Below are positions 1 through 7,336 of a stretch of DNA of 64,000 nt, in pieces. This stretch comes from Candidatus Undinarchaeota archaeon (GTDB taxonomy: Archaea > Undinarchaeota > Undinarchaeia > Undinarchaeales > JALTGF01), in assembly GCA_964574035.1 (NCBI GenBank), contig CAZNLD010000003.1, forward strand, positions 15,485 to 79,484, read 5' to 3'. A model generated the notes under the pieces. That model saw nothing but the letters and a program-made list of their open reading frames with translations, did no database searches and was not told where the DNA came from. Position 1 is the stretch's first letter, and every line of letters begins with the position of its first letter. Position numbers and translations under genes: made by a program.

Positions 1-52
1 TATCTTTTAATTGTTTTTCGTCATATCCTCTTACAGTAATTTTCTTTGCCAT
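1..52 (-). CDS. rps19: ribosomal protein uS19, N-terminal fragment (gene runs off the left edge)
   Basis: The reverse strand reads ATG GCA AAG AAA ATT ACT GTA AGA GGA TAT GAC... (MAKKITVRGYDEKQLK), starting 2 nt after the rpl2 stop. The position after L3-L4-L23-L2 fits the conserved archaeal order. It is too short to appear in the ORF track. Confidence 0.6.
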   Translation of the reverse strand, partial: MAKKITVRGYDEKQLKD

Positions 53-54
53 GA

Positions 55-771
55 TTATTTCTTACCTGTTCTTTTAGGTGAAATTGAACCAACATTTCGT
101 CCAGGAGATGTACCTCTCTTTACGGACTTCGGTTTTCCAATATGCTGGTGCCCTCCTCCACCGAATGGATGATCAACAGTGTTCATTGCAACTCCACTTA
201 CTCTCGGGTAAACTTTTCCTCGTTTTTTCGTTTTAAACCATTTGTTTCCGGCTTTAATGAACGGCTTCTCATTGAAACCTCCGCCGGCAACAATTCCTAC
301 ATTTGCTCTACAATTATGATTTAATGTCTTAAATGCACCTGAAGGAAGCTGAACAACCGTTCCTTCTGAATCGTGGGACATTACTCTGCCAAAATTTCCG
401 GCAGACCTTGCAAATTTCCCTCCGTCTCCAGGTCTGTTTTCAATATTATATACTGCTGTTCCTTCTGGTATTTGTGAGAGATTTAATGAATTACCTATTT
501 CTGCTTCTGCATTCTCGCCAAATGAAACTTCCTGTCCTACTTTCAAATCAACAGATGCTATCATATTTACAAATGTTCCGTTTTCAAACTTTACTTTAGC
601 CATTGGCGCATTTCTTCCGGGGTCTTGCAGAATATCTACTACCTCACCCTTTACTTTGCCCTCGCTTGATTTTTTAAGAGACTGGTGCTTTACTTCTCCT
701 TTAAAGCGGTGGCTGGGCGACTGTCTTTTCTTGCTGCTTCCCAGTTTTTGAGCTCTAATTCGCTTTCCCAT
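55..771 (-). CDS. rpl2: 50S ribosomal protein uL2
   Basis: 238 aa with the typical L2 C-terminal motif VAMNTVDHPFGGGGHQH and a basic tail. ATG start, 1-nt overlap with the rpl23 stop. Confidence 0.97.
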   Translation of the reverse strand: MGKRIRAQKLGSSKKRQSPSHRFKGEVKHQSLKKSSEGKVKGEVVDILQDPGRNAPMAKVKFENGTFVNMIASVDLKVGQEVSFGENAEAEIGNSLNLSQIPEGTAVYNIENRPGDGGKFARSAGNFGRVMSHDSEGTVVQLPSGAFKTLNHNCRANVGIVAGGGFNEKPFIKAGNKWFKTKKRGKVYPRVSGVAMNTVDHPFGGGGHQHIGKPKSVKRGTSPGRNVGSISPKRTGKK

Positions 772-1031
772 TAGATTACACCCATTCTGCCTACAATATC
801 TTCTGCAGAATAATCAGAAGTTAATTTGACAAGTGCCTTTTTCTGACCCTTGGCAGTGATTAAGGTAGAAACATTTGAAACCTCTACATTATATAGTTTT
901 TCAACTGCTTTCTTGATATCGTTTTTGTTTGATTTTAAATTTACTATGAAAGTAACCTTATTCTCAAAGTCTGCTGCATCAAGACATTTTTCCGTCATTA
1001 ATGGATATTTTATGATACTTGTTGGATTCAT
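771..1031 (-). CDS. rpl23: 50S ribosomal protein uL23
   Basis: 86 aa. Size, sequence style (IIKYPLMTEK...NKVTFIV) and position between L4 and L2 fit uL23. Confidence 0.9.
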   Translation of the reverse strand: MNPTSIIKYPLMTEKCLDAADFENKVTFIVNLKSNKNDIKKAVEKLYNVEVSNVSTLITAKGQKKALVKLTSDYSAEDIVGRMGVI

Positions 1032-1855
1032 TCAAATCTCTCCTTGAGCTCGCTCAGTGCTGTTTTTGTTATAATTGTAAGTCTTCCTGCTTTTGCCCCC
1101 GGCGCAAGCATATTCATTGAAACCTGATCTGCTTTTGCAGTATCCACGCCCGGGATATTGTCGGCTGCACCTGAATCTGAATCATTAGGAAGTATTAAAA
1201 GTACGCTCTTTTTTGTTCTGTATTTTCTTCCTCGTCTCTTTCCCTTTCCTGCTTTAATCTTTCTTTCTGATGCTCTTTCAAGCTCGGATTCAAGTCCGAT
1301 CTTTTTCAGGAAATCCAAAATTTCGGAAGTTTTCTTAATTTTTGACAATTCATCGTCAACTATAATCGGAAGATTCTTAGTATTTTCAATTAAATGACCT
1401 CTCTCTGAAACAGTTTCCTTGCTCATTGTAGCAGCCAAAGCGGACCTGTATGCTTTTTTAAGCTCTTTTTTGTTTAATCTTTTAACAATATCCTTTTCTG
1501 CCTTTGGCGGATGAGCTTGTCTGCCGCCTCTCGCACCCGAAATTAGAGCACCTTCCATTGCTCTCGGGAACCATCTACCCTTGCTTCTGAATTTATGTCC
1601 TCTTGCAGCCCTTCCGCTTCTTCTTGGACCGGCTTTGATTCTTGGAACTCTTGACCTTCCTCCGCCCGGACCATATGATTCGGCGCTTGCTTCCAAACCT
1701 GCTCTTTTGTAAGCTCCGCCCTGCTGGAATTTTCTGCTTTCTTCTGAAAAGAAGGCTCTTTTAATTAGATCGGGCCGATAGCGTTCGCTGAATAAATCCG
1801 GAAGCTTCACATCTCCGGTCTTTTTCCCTGATGCAGAGTAAATTTTTGCCTTCAT
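1028..1855 (-). CDS. rpl4: 50S ribosomal protein uL4
   Basis: 275 aa, basic with a G/R-rich loop (GPGGGRSRVPRIKAGPRRSGRAARG). ATGA overlap with rpl23. Operon position fits. Confidence 0.9.
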   Translation of the reverse strand: MKAKIYSASGKKTGDVKLPDLFSERYRPDLIKRAFFSEESRKFQQGGAYKRAGLEASAESYGPGGGRSRVPRIKAGPRRSGRAARGHKFRSKGRWFPRAMEGALISGARGGRQAHPPKAEKDIVKRLNKKELKKAYRSALAATMSKETVSERGHLIENTKNLPIIVDDELSKIKKTSEILDFLKKIGLESELERASERKIKAGKGKRRGRKYRTKKSVLLILPNDSDSGAADNIPGVDTAKADQVSMNMLAPGAKAGRLTIITKTALSELKERFE

Positions 1856-1857
1856 GA

Positions 1858-2832
1858 TTATCTACTTTGTTTTGATGCCAGACTTACATAAGTTATATCC
1901 GGCTCTTTCGGTTTAGGTGCTCTTAATCCCGGTCTTATTCTAACCAATCTTTTTGTTGAGCCGGGAACTGAGCCCTTTAATGCTATGAAATTATTTTTAA
2001 CCTTACCATAATTTACAAAACCACTTTTAGGAGTTATCTTTTTTCCGTCTTCTCCGAGCTTTACAACCCACTTGTTAAATTCTGTTCTTGTATGGAATCC
2101 TTTCTGCCCTGCCATTGGAACAGTCCATCTAGTTTCAGAACGTCTGTCTCCTAGAGTTCCGACATGTCTCTTTTTTCCTACTCTCTGTTTTCTCTTCAGC
2201 ATTTTAATGCCAAACCTTTTAACGGGTCCCTGCGTTCCTTTCCCTTTAGTAACAGCTGAAACATCAATATATTCGCCTTCTTTGAAAATATCAATAATTT
2301 TAATCTCTTTTCCAAGAATTTCCTTGGCATATTTCAGCTGGTCCTCAAACGTTTCTCCTCCTACTGCTATTTCAAAAATTTCCGGCTTTTTCTTGCCTAT
2401 TGCCTGGTCGGGTTTTGTATGAACGACTACTGAAACAAAATCTCCTTTCAATTCTTTTTCTTTAGCTTCTTTTTTTGGCAGAGAAATTTTTCTTCCAAGT
2501 AATTTTTTTGAATTTTTTGGAAGAGAAGCTGAAAATTCACCCGAAAGTTGATGTCCGTTGTTGGTTTTCTTATATGCTCTTATAGAAATAGGAACAATTG
2601 GCGGACAGTCAAGAACTGTTATCGGCGTGAAAACCTCTTTGCCGGAAGTAGAAGTATCTTTTGAAGTATCTTTGATTAGCATGTGAGTCATGCCTGCTTT
2701 GTAGCCGGCAAACCCAAGAAGTTTTGTCTCAGAAGAAGAAGGCCAAGTCCTTACTCTAGGATAATCTCTTTTAGCCCGTTTCCTCGGACTGAATGCCATA
2801 GATCCTGCTCGTGATTTATGTTTCCTTGCCAT
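1858..2832 (-). CDS. rpl3: 50S ribosomal protein uL3
   Basis: 324 aa with archaeal L3 motifs (FAGYKAGMTHM, VTKGKGTQGPVKRFG). First gene of the operon. Confidence 0.95.
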   Translation of the reverse strand: MARKHKSRAGSMAFSPRKRAKRDYPRVRTWPSSSETKLLGFAGYKAGMTHMLIKDTSKDTSTSGKEVFTPITVLDCPPIVPISIRAYKKTNNGHQLSGEFSASLPKNSKKLLGRKISLPKKEAKEKELKGDFVSVVVHTKPDQAIGKKKPEIFEIAVGGETFEDQLKYAKEILGKEIKIIDIFKEGEYIDVSAVTKGKGTQGPVKRFGIKMLKRKQRVGKKRHVGTLGDRRSETRWTVPMAGQKGFHTRTEFNKWVVKLGEDGKKITPKSGFVNYGKVKNNFIALKGSVPGSTKRLVRIRPGLRAPKPKEPDITYVSLASKQSR

Positions 2833-2878
2833 GTTATTGGAGTGCTAGTTATATTGACTGCGATCTCCTCCCTGATAA

Positions 2879-2964
2879 CAATCACCCCGTGTGGCAGACA
2901 TAAGCCAGCGTAGAAAAAGCTACGCCGTGGCCCGGTCGCCCGGTTCGCCGCCAGAGGGCAATTG
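2879..2964 (-). promoter_or_regulatory. GC-rich structured RNA element (three-way junction) in the leader of the rpl3 operon
   Basis: 54 of 86 nt are G/C in an AT-rich genome. The minus-strand RNA folds as CAAUUGCCC/GGGUGAUUG (9 bp), UGGCGG/CUGCCA (6 bp), CCGG-GCGA-CCGG (a GNRA-capped hairpin) and GCCA(CG)GCGUAG-CUUUUU-CUACGCUGGC. It lies between an A/T-rich TATA-like tract (about 2991-3016) and the rpl3 ATG (2832). Confidence 0.5.
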
Positions 2965-3036
2965 ATTTTCACACATAAGTGTGCGTGGCATTATATATAT
3001 TATATATGCTTTATAAGGGTTTCTGTCTGCGTTCTC

Positions 3037-3387
3037 TTAAAGAAATTGCAGCGCCAAAATATTTCCAAGTTTGTATGCTCCTGCTGTTATTGCAAAACCA
3101 ATAACTACAATGAAACAGGCCCATCCTACAAGATATGGAAGCCTCTGATATCCAAACGGAAGATAAGCTTTATCCTTCTTTTTTGCAGATTTATCTCTGA
3201 AAAAATAGAGAATTAAAACAAATGCCAGAAAAACACCGGATGAAATTATTACAAGCCAGCCGAAAAGATAGATAATCCATTTATAAAGATGATTAAGAGT
3301 AAAGAAATCATCCCAGCCGGAAACATATAATGATGTTCTTATACTCATTGAAACTAAATAAGAAAGACAGGTTAAATAATTTCTCAT
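3037..3387 (-). CDS. small integral membrane protein (3-4 predicted TM helices), function unknown
   Basis: 116 aa, strongly hydrophobic segments. ATGA overlap with the upstream 425-aa ORF suggests co-translation. Confidence 0.6.
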   Translation of the reverse strand: MRNYLTCLSYLVSMSIRTSLYVSGWDDFFTLNHLYKWIIYLFGWLVIISSGVFLAFVLILYFFRDKSAKKKDKAYLPFGYQRLPYLVGWACFIVVIGFAITAGAYKLGNILALQFL

Positions 3388-4661
3388 TTAAAGTGTTTCT
3401 TATAAAAGAGCCTGAGCCATCTTGAATGCCGCCTCGATTCTTCCAAAGCCAGATATCCCGAAACGGCCAAAATTCCAACGACAGGGCCTGCAACAAGAAG
3501 ACTGGCGATTAAGCCGCTCACTGCAGCAACATTTAAAAGGATATCCAATTGTTTCTTTTTCTTTAAACCCAAGACTTCTCTGTCTCTCTCACTAATATGA
3601 TAAATAAACTTGCTGACCCTTTTAAAATAAGTCTTGGGATACTTCATTCCAAAATAGTTTTCAAGTATATTGTAAATTATGTTTTCAACAGAATAATATT
3701 GCTTTTTCTTTTCCCGAATACCCATTATTTCATATTTTTCATCAAACTCTTTTATGGCAATTGAAATTTTTGCCAAATCTTTGTAAAAATTTGTTCTATT
3801 CCTTTCGCTTATTATAGAGTCCATGAATTTACTATTTAAATCAATGCCTGACTCTTGAATAAGCTCCCTGGCAGCGTTAATGAAATAATATTTTTCATCC
3901 TTTCCTTGATGCTCTTCCGCCCATTTGCTCCAGCTCTCCTTTTTCTTCCACCGCTTTTCTATTTCAGCCGCTCTCCCTGTAAGAAGGACCTCAAGAGCTT
4001 CTAGAAAGGGCCTATATACGCCTTCTTCAGGTTTAAATCCTTTTAAAAAAGCATACAAGAATGGCAGGGAAATTCGATTTACATCAACATAGACCTTTTC
4101 CTTGTAGCCTATCTTGGAAAGCTTATGCTTTAGATATAAAGAAGCCTTGTCCCCATAAGTATTAATGGATAGGTCCACTATTGCTAAAATAGGTATTGAA
4201 CCCCCAATAATAAACTCCGCGCCGGTTCTGGCTTCGCCTATAAATAAAGTATAGATGTCATCTCCGCCTAGTGTAAGCTTCCTTACTACCAAAGACAAAT
4301 CCTCTGCAACCTCCCCGACTTCAGTAGCCTCTAATAAATCTTCTTGAATCTCCCCCTTGGATTTTTTCTCAAGAAAATTTCTAACGTCCTCACCTACTTT
4401 GATTCTTAAAACTTCACTGTCGTACTTAAGTTCTCTTAAAATTTTCAAAAAACTTTTTCTTTTGAGAATTTCAGGATCAGTAAGCCTGATAACAAAGCCC
4501 GTCATCTTCTCAAAATCCTTTGCAGTCTCATGTAATTCTTTTATAGTTTCTTCTGCGGGCAGTTTTTCTTCTTCCCTGTGCTTTTCAGCTATACTTTTCT
4601 TCAGCTTCCTAACTTGTTTCTCATGTTCTTCCTTCTTTCCAGCAAAATCTGAAGAGGACAT
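3384..4661 (-). CDS. hypothetical protein, charged helical N-terminus and C-terminal membrane anchor
   Basis: 425 aa, ATG start. C-terminal hydrophobic stretch LLNVAAVSGLIASLLVAGPVVGILAVSGYLAL. I recognise no family motif. Confidence 0.65.
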   Translation of the reverse strand: MSSSDFAGKKEEHEKQVRKLKKSIAEKHREEEKLPAEETIKELHETAKDFEKMTGFVIRLTDPEILKRKSFLKILRELKYDSEVLRIKVGEDVRNFLEKKSKGEIQEDLLEATEVGEVAEDLSLVVRKLTLGGDDIYTLFIGEARTGAEFIIGGSIPILAIVDLSINTYGDKASLYLKHKLSKIGYKEKVYVDVNRISLPFLYAFLKGFKPEEGVYRPFLEALEVLLTGRAAEIEKRWKKKESWSKWAEEHQGKDEKYYFINAARELIQESGIDLNSKFMDSIISERNRTNFYKDLAKISIAIKEFDEKYEIMGIREKKKQYYSVENIIYNILENYFGMKYPKTYFKRVSKFIYHISERDREVLGLKKKKQLDILLNVAAVSGLIASLLVAGPVVGILAVSGYLALEESRRHSRWLRLFYKKHFK

Positions 4662-4715
4662 ACAAAAGTAGTGGACTAGTTAAAATATAATCTTTTTGGA
4701 ACGCCTTTGAAACAC

Positions 4716-4946
4716 TTATTTTAATTTCTCAGCAACTTTTCCAATCCATAAAGTTATTATTACAGCTAAAACGGTAGCAAGAACTGCATAGCTGAGCATT
4801 GCAGGAATATGATCAGAATTTTCAAAAACTTTATTGAAAACTGCTTTTATTGCATCATTCCAGGCAAGAGCTGCAACCAGTCCGAATGCTGCTGTAACAA
4901 GGGTTGACATTTTTTCAACTATTTCTCTCTTTAATTTTTTTCTCAT
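4716..4946 (-). CDS. small two-TM membrane protein (DUF5654-like)
   Basis: 76 aa with two hydrophobic helices and the motif AWNDAIKAVF, which I recall from a small archaeal/bacterial membrane protein family. The family assignment is from memory only. Confidence 0.5.
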   Translation of the reverse strand: MRKKLKREIVEKMSTLVTAAFGLVAALAWNDAIKAVFNKVFENSDHIPAMLSYAVLATVLAVIITLWIGKVAEKLK

Positions 4947-5033
4947 GAAACTAGATAAGAAGTCTCTGTTTTTAATGATTGCGCAGTCAGTTTTTCAGTA
5001 ATTTATTTAAAGAGAAGTGGTTTAAAGATTGAT

Positions 5034-5333
5034 ATGGGAAAAGCAGAATTTGTAAAAAAACATCCGTACTTTGTTCTGGCAGTGGCAGTTGTTTTCCTCG
5101 TAGTTTTTTTTGTAGGAGTTGAAACGGTCAAAGAGATGAATAATACTCCGGAAGAAAAAACTGAAGAAGAGCTGTGCGCCGAAGCCGGCGGAACCTGGGA
5201 AGAAATGCCGAACGCCTGCGTTGACTCCTGTGAAGCTCAGCGTGAGGACCTAATGTGCGCACAAGTTATAACTGAAGGATGCAACTGCGGAGAAGACATG
5301 TGCTGGAACGGCGAAATCTGCGAAGAACTTTAA
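5034..5333 (+). CDS. membrane-anchored Cys-rich acidic protein
   Basis: 99 aa with an N-terminal TM/signal anchor (YFVLAVAVVFLVVFFVGV), followed by 10 Cys in about 50 acidic residues. Confidence 0.6.
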   Translation: MGKAEFVKKHPYFVLAVAVVFLVVFFVGVETVKEMNNTPEEKTEEELCAEAGGTWEEMPNACVDSCEAQREDLMCAQVITEGCNCGEDMCWNGEICEEL

Positions 5334-5334
5334 A

Positions 5335-5775
5335 ATGCCGGGCTGGAAAACACATCTTGGATTTGGAATAATTACTGGGCTAGTGTTAGTAATTATTCTT
5401 CAGGAAATGGCAGGCATAACTTTAATTTCAAGTTCAAAAAACACTGCAGTTTTTATAGGAATTGTAATTCTGGGAAGTTTGTTTCCCGACCTGGATATAA
5501 GAAATAGTAAAATTTTCGGTGTTTTTCTGGGAGCCGCTACAATCACAATTCTTATTTCATTTGTAAGAGGCTATATCTATCTAGGCATTATTACAACACT
5601 TGTCCTTGCCGCCTTCTCATACATGCAGCATAGAGGGATCCTGCATTCGATTTCTGTTCTGTTAATAACTGCATTCATCGTATACACTGCAACTCTGAAT
5701 TCAATATTTTCAATTATTTGGGCAGTCTGTTATTTTTCACACCTGCTCCTTGACAGAGAACTAAGACTCCTGTAA
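5335..5775 (+). CDS. membrane-bound metal-dependent hydrolase-like protein (YdjM/DUF457-like)
   Basis: 146 aa, polytopic. It has N-terminal W-K-T-H, an FPDLD motif and a C-terminal HLLLD, as in the YdjM family. It starts 2 nt after the preceding stop. Confidence 0.5.
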   Translation: MPGWKTHLGFGIITGLVLVIILQEMAGITLISSSKNTAVFIGIVILGSLFPDLDIRNSKIFGVFLGAATITILISFVRGYIYLGIITTLVLAAFSYMQHRGILHSISVLLITAFIVYTATLNSIFSIIWAVCYFSHLLLDRELRLL

Positions 5776-5815
5776 ATTAGTTACCTTTTTATATTATAAT
5801 ACATAACTAAAAGAT

Positions 5816-6724
5816 ATGAGATTTAAATTTCTAGAAAAACCGGGAGAAAGGGAAAAAAAGTTTGAAGAGGCACCTGAATTCCTGGAGGAGAAAAAGCCAA
5901 AAAAGAGAGATCTTGCTAAAGATGTTCTCAATTATATGAAAGATGAATTCAAGGTAGAAAAAAGTGCAAGGTTAACAACCTCTCCTGATGCAAATCAACC
6001 CCCTCTTTCAATTCTTCATTCAGAAGAGCAGACATACAGCATGTGGCACAGAATGCCTATCAGAGGAGAATCAGGAATTGTCCATATACCTGATTTTGTT
6101 ATTTTCAAGGGAACAAGAAGAATGGCTCCGAGAGATAAGAACCCTGATGTTTTAATAGAGTGCAGAAAACTTGACGATAAAAGGTCAAACAGAACGGATT
6201 CAAGAATTGTAAGAGAAATGGTTGGAGCTTCATTAGATATCCTTCCAGGGCTTATTATTCTTGTAACTAACAGACCTCTTTCAGAATATGCAAAAGCAAT
6301 TGCAAAACATTTTGGAGTAGAGCTTGTAGATGCAAGCAAAGATAATGCAAGTTATGATTTATTCAAAGCGATGATAAGCAACGACCTTGAAAGCAGAGAA
6401 AAATTATATTCAAACCTTGACAAAAATATTCTGAAGCTTGAAGGAAAATTCAAAGTTGCAAAGGCCAAAGCAGCAGCATCAGGTTCAAGCGTAAAAACAC
6501 CTGATATTAAACCGAGCAGGTCAGAGCTCAGAGATTTAATAGCAAAAGCGCTTGAAACTACATCTAATTCTGCAAAAGAGCTTTCAACTGTACTTAATGC
6601 AGACGCTAACTTGATTTTAAATGAACTGTACGCTCTTGAAAGAGAAGGAAGAGCAAAAGTAGCAAAAAGAACCGGTAATGCACCAAAAGAATTTGAGTGG
6701 AAGCTTGGAAAATCGTCGAAATAG
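5816..6724 (+). CDS. hypothetical protein with a possible PD-(D/E)xK-like core and a C-terminal winged-helix-like region
   Basis: 302 aa. The segment GESGIVHIPDFVIF...(about 20 aa)...DVLIECRKLD resembles a restriction-endonuclease-fold motif. The C-terminal SELRDLIAKALETTSNSAKELSTVLNADANLILNELYALEREGRAKV looks like a wHTH. Confidence 0.6.
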   Translation: MRFKFLEKPGEREKKFEEAPEFLEEKKPKKRDLAKDVLNYMKDEFKVEKSARLTTSPDANQPPLSILHSEEQTYSMWHRMPIRGESGIVHIPDFVIFKGTRRMAPRDKNPDVLIECRKLDDKRSNRTDSRIVREMVGASLDILPGLIILVTNRPLSEYAKAIAKHFGVELVDASKDNASYDLFKAMISNDLESREKLYSNLDKNILKLEGKFKVAKAKAAASGSSVKTPDIKPSRSELRDLIAKALETTSNSAKELSTVLNADANLILNELYALEREGRAKVAKRTGNAPKEFEWKLGKSSK

Positions 6725-6776
6725 GCGTCAGTTTTAGGCGCGCATATATTTTTGGGACTAAATTGATTTATATTTA

Positions 6777-6837
6777 GAAAAGCGTTGATGGAAAAGAAAT
6801 AAAACAAAAATATAAACTGCCGGGGTGGCAGAATCCG
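6777..6837 (+). repeat. 61-nt direct repeat, copy 1 (tRNA-Ser upstream region plus first 19 nt of the tRNA)
   Basis: Identical to 6868-6928 (offset 91 nt): GAAAAGCGTTGATGGAAAAGAAATAAAACAAAAATATAAACT+GCCGGGGTGGCAGAATCCG. Confidence 0.9.
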
Positions 6838-6850
6838 ATAACCAGCGCAA
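6819..6850 (+). pseudogene. truncated tRNA-Ser 5' fragment
   Basis: GCCGGGGTGGCAGAATCCG matches nt 1-19 of tRNA-Ser(CGA) at 6910, then diverges (ATAACCAGCGCAACCC). No D-stem closure or anticodon arm can be drawn. Confidence 0.55.
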
Positions 6851-6867
6851 CCCTTTTCTTTAGAAAA

Positions 6868-6928
6868 GAAAAGCGTTGATGGAAAAGAAATAAAACAAAA
6901 ATATAAACTGCCGGGGTGGCAGAATCCG
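6868..6928 (+). repeat. 61-nt direct repeat, copy 2 (overlaps the functional tRNA-Ser 5' end)
   Basis: Identical to 6777-6837. Confidence 0.9.
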
Positions 6929-6995
6929 GTAATGCGCTCGCCTCGAAAGCGAGTCCCTTATGGGAGTTCAGGTTCAAATCCTGACCCCGGCGCCA
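6910..6995 (+). tRNA. tRNA-Ser (anticodon CGA), class II, CCA encoded
   Basis: Hand-folded cloverleaf: acceptor GCCGGGG/CCCCGGC; D arm GCA-GAATCCGGTAA-TGC; anticodon arm CTCGC-CT CGA AA-GCGAG; long variable arm TCCCTTATGGGAGT; T arm TCAGG-TTCAAAT-CCTGA; discriminator G plus CCA. Confidence 0.93.
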
Positions 6996-7049
6996 ACTTT
7001 TTTAATTTGTTAGCTGTGCAATTGGTTCTCTGTCCTGAAAAAGTTGACA

Positions 7050-7118
7050 ACACAAAGAGTAGGCTGGACAACAATACAATTGTTCCGCACTATATTCGAT
7101 TAAACCTACTCTTTGTGA
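7050..7118 (+). repeat. conserved hairpin element downstream of tRNA-Ser, copy 1
   Basis: ACACAAAGAGTAGG...CCTACTCTTTGTGA has 13-bp terminal inverted repeats around an inner AACAAT-ACA-ATTGTT hairpin. A near-identical copy lies at 29426-29492 in the same orientation relative to tRNA-Ser(UGA). Confidence 0.8.
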
Positions 7119-7237
7119 ACAAGTGCCGCGCTCGCTCGTTTCACTCGCGAGGCGACAGTAAGGAGCCATTCAATTTCTGAAATATCCTGGAGGTGTCGGA
7201 ACCGGCAAAAACTGGAAAGCGGATTCTGACGTTGCAG

Positions 7238-7256
7238 ATCCTGACCCCGGCGCCAA
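7238..7256 (+). repeat. 19-nt duplicate of the tRNA-Ser(CGA) 3' end (att-like direct repeat)
   Basis: ATCCTGACCCCGGCGCCAA is identical to 6978-6996. The sequence just upstream cannot form a T arm, so this is not a second tRNA. Confidence 0.85.
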
Positions 7257-7336
7257 TTGCTCGATAATAGATGATAGAACATCGATAATCGACAGTTAGA
7301 CAAGTTGTAGTGTTAATAAACATCTACCAGCAGCTG

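Noticed and set aside
2879-2964. The GC-rich element interpreted as an H/ACA guide RNA (lower stem followed by ACA, with an internal pocket).
   Set aside because: The upper stem has no K-turn or K-loop (no tandem G:A pairs) for L7Ae. The supposed ACA lies inside a longer continuous basal helix, and the pocket is highly asymmetric (16 versus 6 nt). I kept it as an unclassified leader structure.
6819-6850. A possible Nanoarchaeum-style split-tRNA 5' half, to be joined with a 3' half near 7200-7256.
   Set aside because: After nt 19 the fragment cannot close a D stem or form an anticodon arm. The sequence preceding the 3' repeat (…GACGTTGCAGATCCTGA) cannot form a T arm: there is no TCAGG partner and no TTCRAAT loop. 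No complementary leader/trailer pair is visible. A truncated duplicate is the simpler reading.
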